Origin: Chlorokybus atmophyticus
Taxonomy: Eukaryota > Plantae > Mesostigma and Chlorokybus algae
Reading direction: 5' to 3'
NCBI GenBank assembly: GCA_009103225.1
Contig: RHPI01003369.1
Coordinates: 689,500-753,499 of the forward strand
Length of the DNA: 64,000 nucleotides
Part shown: piece after piece, positions 26,501 through 37,495 of the stretch
How the letters are laid out: each line of letters starts with the position of its first letter
How positions within the stretch are numbered: position 1 is the stretch's first letter
Notes under the pieces: generated by a model
What the model was told of the DNA's origin: nothing
Databases searched by the model: none
What the model saw: the letters and a program-made list of their open reading frames with translations, nothing else
Made by a program: the position numbers and the translations under genes

Positions 26501-26592
26501 CTTGGCCTGGCCTGGCCTGGTCACTAGAGTCTAGTCTGTCCTGGCCTGGCCTGGCCTGGTCTGGTCTGGTCTGGTCAAATGGACGTCACGTG
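26501..26592. repeat. YYTGG pentamer array followed by GACGTCACGTG (C-box/G-box) in a divergent promoter
   Basis: CTTGG plus (CCTGG)3 at 26501-26520, (CCTGG)4 plus (TCTGG)3 at 26540-26574, and CACGTG at 26587-26592. Confidence 0.8.
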
Positions 26593-27013
26593 AGCTGGAT
26601 CGACATCTGATTGAACCCAGGTCCGGGGCGCCCGGTCGGCGGTGCCAGTTGTGTAAAACCGGTTCGGTGGATCCCGGCGCATCTCGCGGCGGGATCTTAG
26701 GTTCATTCGAATCCACAATGTACGGCATTATACTGCCACTCTGTTACAGGCAGGCGGCGGCGGTGAAGGCAAAGGAGGTGGACGTGGGCAAGGAGGCGGC
26801 ATTGAGCCTGGTTGTGTGTGTGCAAGAGAGCGTGTACGGGTCTCGCTGGGAAATGGAGCTGGCACTGACGCAGGCTTGCTGCGTCTGCAGCTCTGGTTGC
26901 TGTGTGAGGAGTCAGCACTTCTGTTAGGGTTTTTGGGGTGGAACTAGGGTTCTCTCCTGGAGGTGTGGGGGGTGGCTGTGGAGGCAGCTGGTGGGGTAGG
27001 TGGGGTTAAGGGG

Positions 27014-30000
27014 ATGGAAGGATGCCGGTTGACGTGCGCTCTAGCGCTACCGAGTCCAGTGCTGGCTGCGATCAGGCCGCTCAGCAGTAGGCATGCAGCG
27101 GTGTCAGCTGTTCCGCTGCGGAATGTGGGGGCGTCAAGCTTAGGAGAAGGGCGTAGAAAACAGCAGCAGAGGCATAGCAGACTTAAGTCACACAGGCAGC
27201 AGCAGCGGTTGCGCACATGCGCATGCGCTGCGGAGAGCTCGTCGTCCAACCAGTACAGCAGCGAGCAGCTGCCGCCTGATGTTCCTACCACTTCCGCCTT
27301 TACCGAGAGTGGCGTAGCTATAGTCGCCGAAGATGACGGCACGGCTGAAGTGGAGAGGGCTCGCCAGGCACAGATTCAAGCTATGCTTGATGCCAAAGCC
27401 GAGCTCGAAGCCCGCAGGAAACTCCTGGCCGACATCTCAGAACAGAAACACGCAGCCACTGAGGCTCAGGAAGCAGCCGTGGGGGCTGCGATGGCGCAGG
27501 TATGTTTGCATGCTCACTCTCGGCATGTCGAAGATGGGCACAACTCATTGTTTTAGCCAAACTTAGACAAGCACTCAGCAGTTGTGAGAATTTCAACCAA
27601 CTTGAACCAGGGCTGGATGTCACACGCGAATTACGCTCAACCAATGTGTGCATGTGTTGCGCTATGACCAGGAATCTGCAGCACGCATGGTATCATAAGA
27701 ATAACTCTTGTTGTTTCTGAAAGCTTCTTGAGTGGCCTAGCTGGGTGCATTGTTGTGCATGTGCATGTGTTGTAAACGGTTTATATACTGCTTGAGGTTT
27801 AGGGGTAACAATGGCTCTTGGTCGGCAGGTAGAGGCTGCATTGGAGGAAGTACTGGCAGCAGAAGCTGCAGTTGCTGAAGCTCGAACAGGCTTGGCTGCT
27901 GCTCAAGCGTTTGCTCAGAAAGAGGTTGAAGGACTGGCGGCTGTGGCTGCGATGAAGGAGCAAGAGCAGCAACAGATAGCGGCACAGGCTGCAGCGGCGG
28001 CTGTTGCTGAAGCTGCAGGGCCAGCAGAACCATCGACAACGCTACCAGAGACCAGTAGTGTAGCAGATGGTAATGGTGCTGTGGTCGGCGATGCTCTCAC
28101 CCAAAGTGCGGACACCCAGCAGTTGAATGGCACTGAGCAGTCTGAGGGGCAGCTTCTAGTAGGCGAAGCTGCAGTGGCTGTCGCTGAACAGCGACTGAGT
28201 AATGCCATTCAGCGCATGCAAGAGGCCCAGTCAAGGAAGGTATTTCACACTCAACACATCTGAGCACGATGTGAAAGTTTACAACTGGGCTTGCTGCTTA
28301 GTCAGTTGTCACGTTATGTCCTTCTTCTTGCTCGAACGTATGTGAGTGACCACATGCGTTGCGCCATCTGTCAGTCCTTGGTGTGAGCATTGCAACATTA
28401 CATCTTGCTCGTGCGAACCCATTTATGGTTGTGTGTTATGCTTTGTTGTTAGTTGGCTTCAGCATCCAGTTCTTATGTTTGGTATATTAGGATGCCTTAG
28501 AGTCGGCTGCGCTGTCAATGGCTGAAGCAGCACAGCTGGCAAAGGACACAGCATCGTCAGCTGACACTGAAGCTCTGGCAGTGCTAGACCAGCTCGCGGC
28601 GGTTGAGGCGGTAAGCGTCCTAGTTTGTGCGCTTGTCAGTACACGTTCTGCAATGGTTTTGAGGTGCACATGGTTGTAACAGGCATTGGACGCAATAAGA
28701 AACAGTCCAACTCCTCTACCTGAACTACCGAATGCAGTTGCTGCCATGGCCAATGCAGCAGGCATTTATGCTGCCACGGCTCCTGTTGAGGAAAAAACTG
28801 CACCAGCTGACACCAATGGTCACGTAGTGGAGAAATTCGCAGGTTTGCGTTGCATGGCTGAAGCGTCTTATATATCCTGTATGCTCTAACTACTTTTGTA
28901 GAGCCGTTGTTGGACGCCCTTCCTCGCCCAGTGGAGGCACCGGTGGCAGAAGCCGTCAGCTCCCTCCAATCCGGAGTTGATGAGGCGGTTGAAGCCGCGG
29001 ATGAGGCGGTTGCTGCAATTACGAAGCAGGCCTTGGACAAAGACTCATTCTCTCGCACTGGCGAGGCAAGCTTGTCTCCACAGCCTACGTATAAGCCACC
29101 ACCCTCGCCAGTGCCTCCCACTTCCTCAAAGCATTTTAGCGCTGCCTTCTTCTCAATGCTGGAGAAGAAGGCATTCCCTAAGCCGAGCACAGAAGTACTG
29201 GTTTTTGCTGGAGCAGCACTGGTCGCATTTCTGTAAGTTCATGAACCCATGTGCGCGTTTTTTCAGAAGCATCTGCCACAATCTTTTTGTGTGTGTGTGA
29301 TTCTACCACCTGTGGAGAGAGAAAGTGAGCAAGGGGGAATAGGGGGGGAGGGCTAGCTAGGGAGGGCTAGCTACGAGTACCGCACAGGCATGCCATAGTG
29401 TGCAGGCATTGACTTGATTCGTGCGTTCTCAGGGTTGCGTGGAGATCAGGACTGAATGCGGTCGTTCGCCAGCAACTGTCGACCGGTCCACCTGCTGCAG
29501 CTCTGGCGTCAGTTGCTAGGTTGTTCCAAGCTATACCTGCATTTTTGGGATCCATTCTGGCGCGGTTACCAATTCCGCAAGGGGTAAGTGGGCATGCCAT
29601 CATCTTCTGACTAGTGTTACAAGCCGCTTTATTGTCAGCGTTGCAGCTTATGCGTGTATGTTCCATGGCAGGGACATGAGCTCAATGATGTTTTGTGGCT
29701 TTTAGCAACCAGTGTTGTCGCAGTACCGCTTTTCCAAGCTTTGCCGGGAGGTACGCTGCTCTGTTGCTCTCGTCAGTTTACAATTGTTATGCATCGTCTC
29801 ACGTGTGTGTATCCCTGTCAGGTAGTCCTGTCTTAGGGTATCTGGCAGCAGGCGCGCTCATAGGTCCACATGCCCTTTCCATCATCAAGCATGTGCACGC
29901 AACTCAAGAGCTTGCAGAGTTTGGTGTCGTATTCCTTCTCTTCAACATTGGTTTGGAGGTATTGTCCTACATCCTTCAGTACTAACATAGTGTGCTCTCC

Positions 30001-33000
30001 CATTACCTGCGCACACAGGGAGGNNNNNNNNNNNNNNNNNNNNNNNNNNNNNNNNNNNNNNNNNNNNNNNNNNNNNNNNNNNNNNNNNNNNNNNNNNNNN
30101 NNNNNNNNNNNNNNNNNNNNNNNNNNNNNNNNNNNNNNNNNNNNNNNNNNNNNNNNNNNNNNNNNNNNNNNNNNNNNNNNNNNNNNNNNNNNNNNNNNNN
30201 NNNNNNNNGGGGCTGGCCGAGAGGTTGTCAACTGATACTGTTGTTGTCATGCAGCTCTCACTTGAACGACTGCAGTCCATGCAGAAGTATGTATTTGGGT
30301 TAGGAAGTGCACAGGTATGTAGACAACAGTACAACGTTTGGCTTGACAGTGTCATCCGTGTGAGCTGCATTGATTACTTTGTACTACATGACATCAATGT
30401 GCACCATGTAGAGTTGGCGCTGATGAAATGCACTCTGATGTGTATCAACAACAGATGTCTGTCACAGGTCCTTTCAACAACAGCTGCAATTGCTGCGGCA
30501 GCTCTTGTAGCTGGTGTAGTTAGTGGGCCTGGTGCAATCATTGTCGGTGGCGCATTGGCGCTTTCCTCAACTGCCGTTGCTCTGCAAGTCTTGCAAGACC
30601 GCAAAGAAGCTCAACTGCGTCATGGACGTGCTGCATTTTCGGTGCTTTTGTTCCAGGTGTGTTTTTGTCTCCACCTCCATTGCCAGGCAGTCACACTCAT
30701 TTCTGCCAAGAGCTACTGAGTGTAGCAAGATGGTATACATTTCCTGCCTGTGTAACCCTACACTCAGTCTAGCATTGGCAGGATTTGGCAGTGGTGGTCC
30801 TGCTTATGCTCATCCCATTGCTCGCGCCAAGCTCTGACAATTCGGTAAGCTTGTGGTGACAGCAGTCGCATTTGGGTCGCAGACATTGCACGTTCTAGTA
30901 GTACCAACTTCGCGTGTATGGAAAAACATGGTGTCACTAGTTACTTGTTTTCAACCTCCTTTACGTGGTCACTAACTGACGGCTGTTCACGATGCCAGGG
31001 AGGCCTCGGTGCCATAGCGCGGGCACTAGGTGTGGCTGCCATCAAGGCGGCCGTTGGAATAGCCTCCATCATTGCTGGCGGCCGCGTGGTAATAAACCTG
31101 CCCATTTGGCGAATGGCACTGTGGCATCTCGCAAATTGACACTGGTTTTGTTTTGCAGGTTCTGCGGCCAGTATATAGGTACATTGCAGAGAATAGGAAC
31201 GCGGAGATTTTTGCGGCAACGACACTGCTGGTGGTGCTCGGCACGTCGGTCCTGACTGCGCAGGTTCAATCACTGGCGATGTTTTGTTACTGAGTTTTGG
31301 CATCAACACGCCAGCATGTGTAGTGAAGGTGACAGGAACCCAGTCTGATTGCGCTCAAACATTGCTTGCAGGCTGGACTGTCCATGGCACTGGGTGCATT
31401 TTTGGCTGGATTGCTGCTTGCGGAAACCGAGTTTGCCCTGCAAGTCGAAAGTGATATTGCTCCCTACAGAGGCCTGCTGCTTGGCTTGTTTTTCATGACG
31501 GTACGTTCTGTCAGCACAAAGTCTACCTTGTCAGATATGTGTTAACTAGCGGCACATCAGCGTATTGTCTAGAAACAGCCTTGATTGACATGTTTGTAAT
31601 GCTGTGCCGCTTGCATGCATAGTGTTGGTGCAAGATACAATCTGCTTGTGGCATGTCTATGGCACTAACCGATAACTCTGACAGGTGGGCATGTCCATCG
31701 ACCTGCGGCTGTTCTTGCGGAAGTGGCAAACAGTCCTTGCATCGCTGGTGGCGCTTGTAGTCGGAAAAACAATGTTAGTAGGACTGTTTGGGAGCTTCTT
31801 CGGGCTGTCTGCGATTGCAGCCTTGCGCTGTGGGTTGCTGCTTGCACCTGGTGGAGAGTTTGCGTTTGTTGCTTTTGGTGAAGCGGTTGCAAAGGTGGGC
31901 TGCATGTACTTGGATGTCATTCATGCAAGTTACTCAAAGAACAGTGCACGTAATCAACGACATATACAGTTGCATACTAATGTGCTTTTTGGTGCAGAAC
32001 ATCATGCCGCAAGAGCTGTCTTCTATCTTGTTTCTGGTTGTCGCATTGTCCATGGCTATGACACCTTGGCTGGCTGCGGGAGGCGCTTGGTTGGCAAGCA
32101 GGTTTGAGAAGAAGGATGTGCGGGCTCTGCAGCCTGTTGAAGGCGAGGTGGATGATTTGCGCAATCACATCATCATTGCAGGTTTCGGGCGGGTTGGCCA
32201 GGTACTACCACATTTGGCCTTCCTGCGCTTGCAAGTCTGGTTGCAATCCCTTAACATGATTGTTTGTCCTTGATACGCAGATTATTGCACAGCTTCTGTC
32301 GGAACGGTTGGTGCAGTTTGTTGCACTTGATGTGCGAACAGACCGGGTCACAGCCGGTAGGGATCTTGGCTTGCCGGTGTTCTTTGGCGATGCTGGCAGC
32401 GACAAGGTGTTGCATAGTGTTGGCGCTGCACGCGCAGCAGCCGCTGTCATCACTCTTGATACACCTGGAGCCAACTACCGCTCAGTGTGGGCTCTGAAGA
32501 AGAACTATCCCAATGTCAAAACTTATGTCCGCGCACATGATGTGGATCATGGCTTGATCCTCGAAAAGGCAGGAGCCACTGCAGTGGTTCCAGAGACTCT
32601 TGAGCCAAGCTTGCAGCTAGCCGCAGGTGCGTATCATGCCCTCTGCTGCTGCAGTGCTCATGCAAGCTGCCCGAGACTTCGCACTGACAAGTTGGCAACC
32701 CTTGTTGCATCTGTTCTCCTGCTGCCGTGCAAAGGAGTCACTTTTCTGCCGTCATTCTGCTTGCCGCAAGCTTATTGTGTGTTGTGTGCACAGCTGTTCT
32801 GAAAGAGGTGGACTTGCCAGAGGACGAAATTGCCGCCGCAATCAATGATTTCCGCAGGCGACACCTTTCTGAACTTACAGAGCTTTCTGAGTCCACCGGC
32901 TCATCGCTCGGCTATGGTTACCTTCGGCAGCGCACTCCCATCCCACGAGCTGCAGACCCTCCATCAGAAGCGGAGACCGCTGCTGCTGAAGCTATGGGCT

Positions 33001-33029
33001 TGGTTGCTGCGATGCCTGAAGCTGCCTAG
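27014..33029 (+). CDS. KEA2: Plastid envelope K+/H+ efflux antiporter, KEA1/KEA2 type (CPA2 plus KTN/TrkA-N)
   Basis: Transit peptide and long Ala/Glu coiled-coil N-terminus. Then [141 protein letters not shown], and [33 protein letters not shown]. Confidence 0.96.
30024..30208. other. Assembly gap (N run) within a KEA intron
   Basis: Continuous Ns. Confidence 0.99.
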
Positions 33030-33997
33030 GTGTGTCTCTGGCTTGTGTAGTAAATGAGCTTGCACATCTCCACTAGCTAGCCTCCGGCAAAAACTCAATG
33101 CCGCGGCTCGCGCCACCTGGCCATTTCCCGGGTCGCTTTCATGGGGGAAGAGTGAGGTTTGATTGATTTTTCTAGCATGCTCCTCCGTTGGAAGCATGTA
33201 CGTCCAAGTGTTACTGAGTGCTCGAACAAGCTGCGTGTGCATAAGTTGAAAAGGCAAATGTCATATTATTGCACTTGCAACAAGTGTTGTACACAGCAAG
33301 ATAGCACCATTGCCCCTGCAAAGTCGCGAGATGATGTGTAGTGGTTAGGTCATGTCTGAGTGGTGGTCTCACACACCCTGTATTGTGTTGGTGTTGCCTC
33401 TCGCTAGTCATCATTGAGGTTCAAAGTTTAAAGCGCAAAGTTGCAGAAGAAGTGGACACGCTCATACCCACAGTTGCGGTGCAATAACTTGGAGAGGGGC
33501 CCGCATCAGTCTCGTACAAGTATGTTGTTGAAAGCAAATCTCGCTATGAGAAGCACACATGTAATTCAAGTTACAGTAGTGATGGTAGGGTGTATTGCCA
33601 ATTTTGTATTTTGTATCAAAGTCACAGCTATTACTACTTATGCATGTTTTGAAATTTGCATGAATTACGATTTCACTAAATTCACTTTTATATGTTGGAA
33701 TATCTTGTAGTATGTCACAACAAGTAGTGGATAGCTTCATATGAATATAAGCAATTCACATTTATGCGGTACATTGCATTGTGGCAAACTTGGTAGTTCA
33801 CATTATGAGTATGATATGTAAAACCCACATAACCCACGGATTATGCGCATTTCACAAGCTGTATTGCAGACATTGAAGTTCTGATCTGAAACACTCAACC
33901 GCCATGTTTAAGAAGCTACTAATGCGTTGCGGCGAAGAGAAGGTGGTGATGGTGGACAAGGTCGCCTCCTTGAACTTCCCTAAGGCGCAATTGTCGT

Positions 33998-34163
33998 GCC
34001 TGCACGTGATCGATCTGACGGTCGGTGCTTCTGCGATTTTCTTTGACAGCTTTAACTTGTCGGGTCAAGCGGTCATCTTTGCCTGCAAGTGATCGATCTG
34101 ATAGTCGATGATTTTACGGTTTTCTTTAACAGATTTACCTTGTCGGGTTAAGCGCTCATCTTT
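33998..34163. repeat. Two diverged tandem copies of an 83-bp unit
   Basis: 33998-34080 versus 34081-34163 align without gaps with 13 mismatches (70/83 identical, counted by hand). Confidence 0.92.
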
Positions 34164-34980
34164 ATAGGCAATCACTTGGTTTCCCAGCAGTACGCACCGC
34201 CGCAATAGCAATTCTGCCCATCTCATCGTTCTTTACAAGCCGGTCCGGTTTCATAATTGAAAAATGCAATTGCAATCCAATTGCGTTCTCATCAACCGCA
34301 TAATGAACGCCTCGACTTTCAGCCAGTATGCCTCGGCTTTCTCACTGATCGCACCATGGTGTTTTTACTTCGGCGGCAAAGCCCTCATTCTAGGGACCAC
34401 CGGTATGGTGGCATATACACAAAAAATGCGCAAAACCATGCTTGCCTGACGAAGGTTGGGCTAGTAATGGAGGTTTTGGGGTGCCCTGCTGTCGCTTAAG
34501 ACACGTGACTTCGCGTGTAAATCTGCGTGAATTACATGTTTTACCATGTGACCATCAGCCCTTTTTTAATATTGCACCCCGAAACCTGATATTGCATTGA
34601 CCAGTTGAAAAACATGTTTCGCATGCAATTAGTTCACAATATTACAACACAACACCACAAAAGCGTTTTGTACATTTTTGAAGCAAGTCACCGAGCATCT
34701 GTCTCGGAGGCAGCATGAAAATCACAAAGACATAGTTGTCCTTGGTGCATTTGCCATCAGCAAATGTGGCAGTTGTGCGTATTGAATAATGAGGGTGGAG
34801 AAGTCCGAAACAGGTAAGAAACGGAAATCTGAAGTTTAGCCCGCAATTGGAGAAAGCGAAACCGAATGCAAAGGACATGTCTTCAAAGTTCCTTTCAGGG
34901 AATACTATTCTTTTTATATTATTAAACCCCATGGGCAAAAAGCATTTTACACCCTTTACTCCGTATGTGAGAAAAGAGCT

Positions 34981-35037
34981 CTCTCCAATGAGGAGAAGCA
35001 AAGACGACTAAAAAGTGGCTTGTGCTTCAATTGCGGG
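34981..35037 (+). mobile_element. Relic resembling a Ty3/gypsy Gag zinc-knuckle lead-in
   Basis: LSNEEKQRRLKSGLCFNCG fits the Gag pattern L(S/T)xEE+xRRxxxGLCFxCG. The knuckle is incomplete (no H/C) and flanked by stops. Confidence 0.5.
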
Positions 35038-35089
35038 TACGTGCTTTTTTAAAACAGAATCCGTCCACGATATGTTTTGATTGCTGAGA

Positions 35090-36700
35090 ATGCTTTAGGT
35101 GTCTGAACACGTGGGCGCAAATCCTTGATATGAGGTATGCGTACAACAACGTAAACATGGTTGCTTTTGCTCATGTTATTGGATACTGTCACGCTGTATC
35201 GCAGACGAGGTGCGAGAAGTCTCGCAACGACCTGAGTTTTATGGAAAAAACGTGTTTAATTACCGTGCATGGCGACATCATAAAAATAAACTTGTCATTG
35301 GCGCCCAACTCCAAAAACTCCTCTAGACATATATAGTGTTTTTGGTCGGGCTTTTACTTGTGGTCCAGCAGCGAAACATGTGATATATGATTTATATACA
35401 TTGTATATATTGCAGTTACAATATTCTATCCACAATCGCTAGCCGCTTTGCTTTAGCGCGGAACATCATGAAGGAGTTCCGTACAGTTTAAAAAGCAAGC
35501 GAGATTCGCAATATTGTTTATGTGTTACAAAAAGGGTCCGGCCATCTAAGCCATAAACGACCATAACGGTAGATACGGCATTTTCTATTTTGTGAATTAC
35601 ATATTGAGCCCTCTGTCTATGTTACATAACATTATAACGTATTCCCCTCAACCAGAACACGTCTGTGTATGTAAGGTGCCTAAAAAGTGGGCGCAACGGA
35701 TTTTGCAGGTGCGGACAATATGCGCAGCTAGTGCGACCAAAGCAGTCGAATCTAAGCCTAGCTTGAGAGGAGGTATGCGTACAATAATGTCAAGCATGGC
35801 CGCTTTTGCCCTTGTCATTTTATCATGTCACGCTGCAACGTAAACGAGATGTGAGAAGTCTTGCGACGAGCTCAATTGTTTTAAAGCACATATCATCATG
35901 CAGCACATGTTTGTGCAAGTGGATAACACTGCGCGTGGCGAAATCATGGAAGAGGTCTTATTGTTAACAATGTTGGCGTCTTTAGAATTTAAAATTCTCC
36001 TCTAGTTATAAGAGAGTTTTATGGGGTTGTCAGTTGTAGTTAAGCGGCAAACATGTGACATTTAAATTGCCATTGCGACTGATGCATAATTTTCTCACAA
36101 TCGTCTTGTTCGCTTTGCTTTGACGTGAAAAACCACGAAGAAGTTTTGTACATTTTTCGTTAAGAGTGATGAGTACATGCTTTACTGTCTCTGACATACT
36201 CTCATCGATGAGAATATGTTGGTTTTAATCAGGTGCTTTCAAAAATTGGGTGCGAAAGATTTTGCACATGTGGATGATATGTAATGTAAGTGCAACCCAA
36301 GTAGTCGCATCTTAGCTTAGCTTGAGGTATGCGTGCAGCATGGTTGCTTTTACGCATGTCATTCCGTCATGGCATTGTGACGCTGCATTCAGCATGATGC
36401 GAAAAGTCTTGTGATGAGTTGAGTTTGTTGAAAGTTACGTGGATAGACACTGCGCGGTATCGTGGAGCGATCTTGTTGTTGGCGCTCAGTTTTAAAGTTT
36501 TCCTCAAGCTATGAGAGGATTTCTTTGGCTGCCAAATGTGGTCGAGCAGCAACACATACTGTTCGATGTCTATTGCGGTTTTTGCACAATTTCTTAACAA
36601 TCGTTGTCCTTCGCATCAATGCGAAGTCCCATCTTATGTCAAGTTTTAGCCAAGCTCATTAACAAGTCGTGAAGTCCCAGCCATATGGCATATATACTAA
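35090..36700. repeat. Three diverged tandem modules of about 0.55-0.64 kb
   Basis: Shared block GAGGTATGCGT..CATGG(T/C)(T/C)GCTTTT..GA(G/A)AAGTCT at 35132, 35770 and 36324. Other shared segments are AAACATGTGA and ACAATCG. A partial fourth copy is indicated by TTTTGTACATTTTT near 34667, also near 36145. Confidence 0.85.
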
Positions 36701-37495
36701 AAGTTGATGAAATCAGCAAAAGCATTTCTTGCCCCCTACACACGGAAGGCGGTCAAGTGAAGATAAACGACATCACGCCACATGTTGACTTCAACAAAGT
36801 TCACGGTATGAACAAGTCCATCACATTGCTTGTCTGAAGCGGCTTTAAGTGTTGAAAGCTCGCGAGTCGGCGACTCCGAAATCCGCAACAGACCGAACAG
36901 GGTCTTACCGCAGGACGTCTCACGGAAAGCCGCAAGGCTACCGAACTGGAGCAAGTGGCCCAAACTCAAAGAAGGAGCACCTGCAGGAGGCCCAAGAAAA
37001 GGCGGAGACTGAGGCCCCGATATAGGATTGCTTGGGGAGGGAGTGCTTGAAAATGGCGGAGACGGAGGCCATGGAGAAGGAGCGCCTTCCAAAGGAGGAG
37101 GCCCTCAAAGTATGTTGCGATTACATGCCTTCCACCGAGCACCTCTCCCACGAATGGCCACAAACCACACTCCTCAAGAGGAACTCATAATGGTGAGCGC
37201 AGCACAGAACTTACATTCTGTTGCCAGAGGGCAATCAGGCCCATGCTCCACAACTAGATGCTTAGGTTGCTTATGCACGTGAGCTCGTTACATGCCCACC
37301 ATAGCTTTGTTATATCACAAGCGCGAACACCCATGACATGAAACAAATGATGACATCCGATGCACTTTGCAAAAGCTAGTGACAGATCATGTCACACTGC
37401 AAATCCGTTGGCCATTAATGACAGTGTACAAACCAGACAATAATGTGTGCGTGACATGAGGGATAGTGGCGATCAGCAGCATAACGCATCTTACA

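Noticed and set aside
33998-36700. Repeats as a CRISPR array or ankyrin-repeat gene
   Set aside because: There are no short identical repeats with unique spacers, and the context is eukaryotic. The ankyrin-like reading on the minus strand (LEEFLELGAN) lacks the TPLH motif and is full of stops.
36840-37200. Charged coding-like remnant (QEAQEKAETEA...AETEAMEKE)
   Set aside because: Interrupted by stops, with no start or splice context and no recognisable family.
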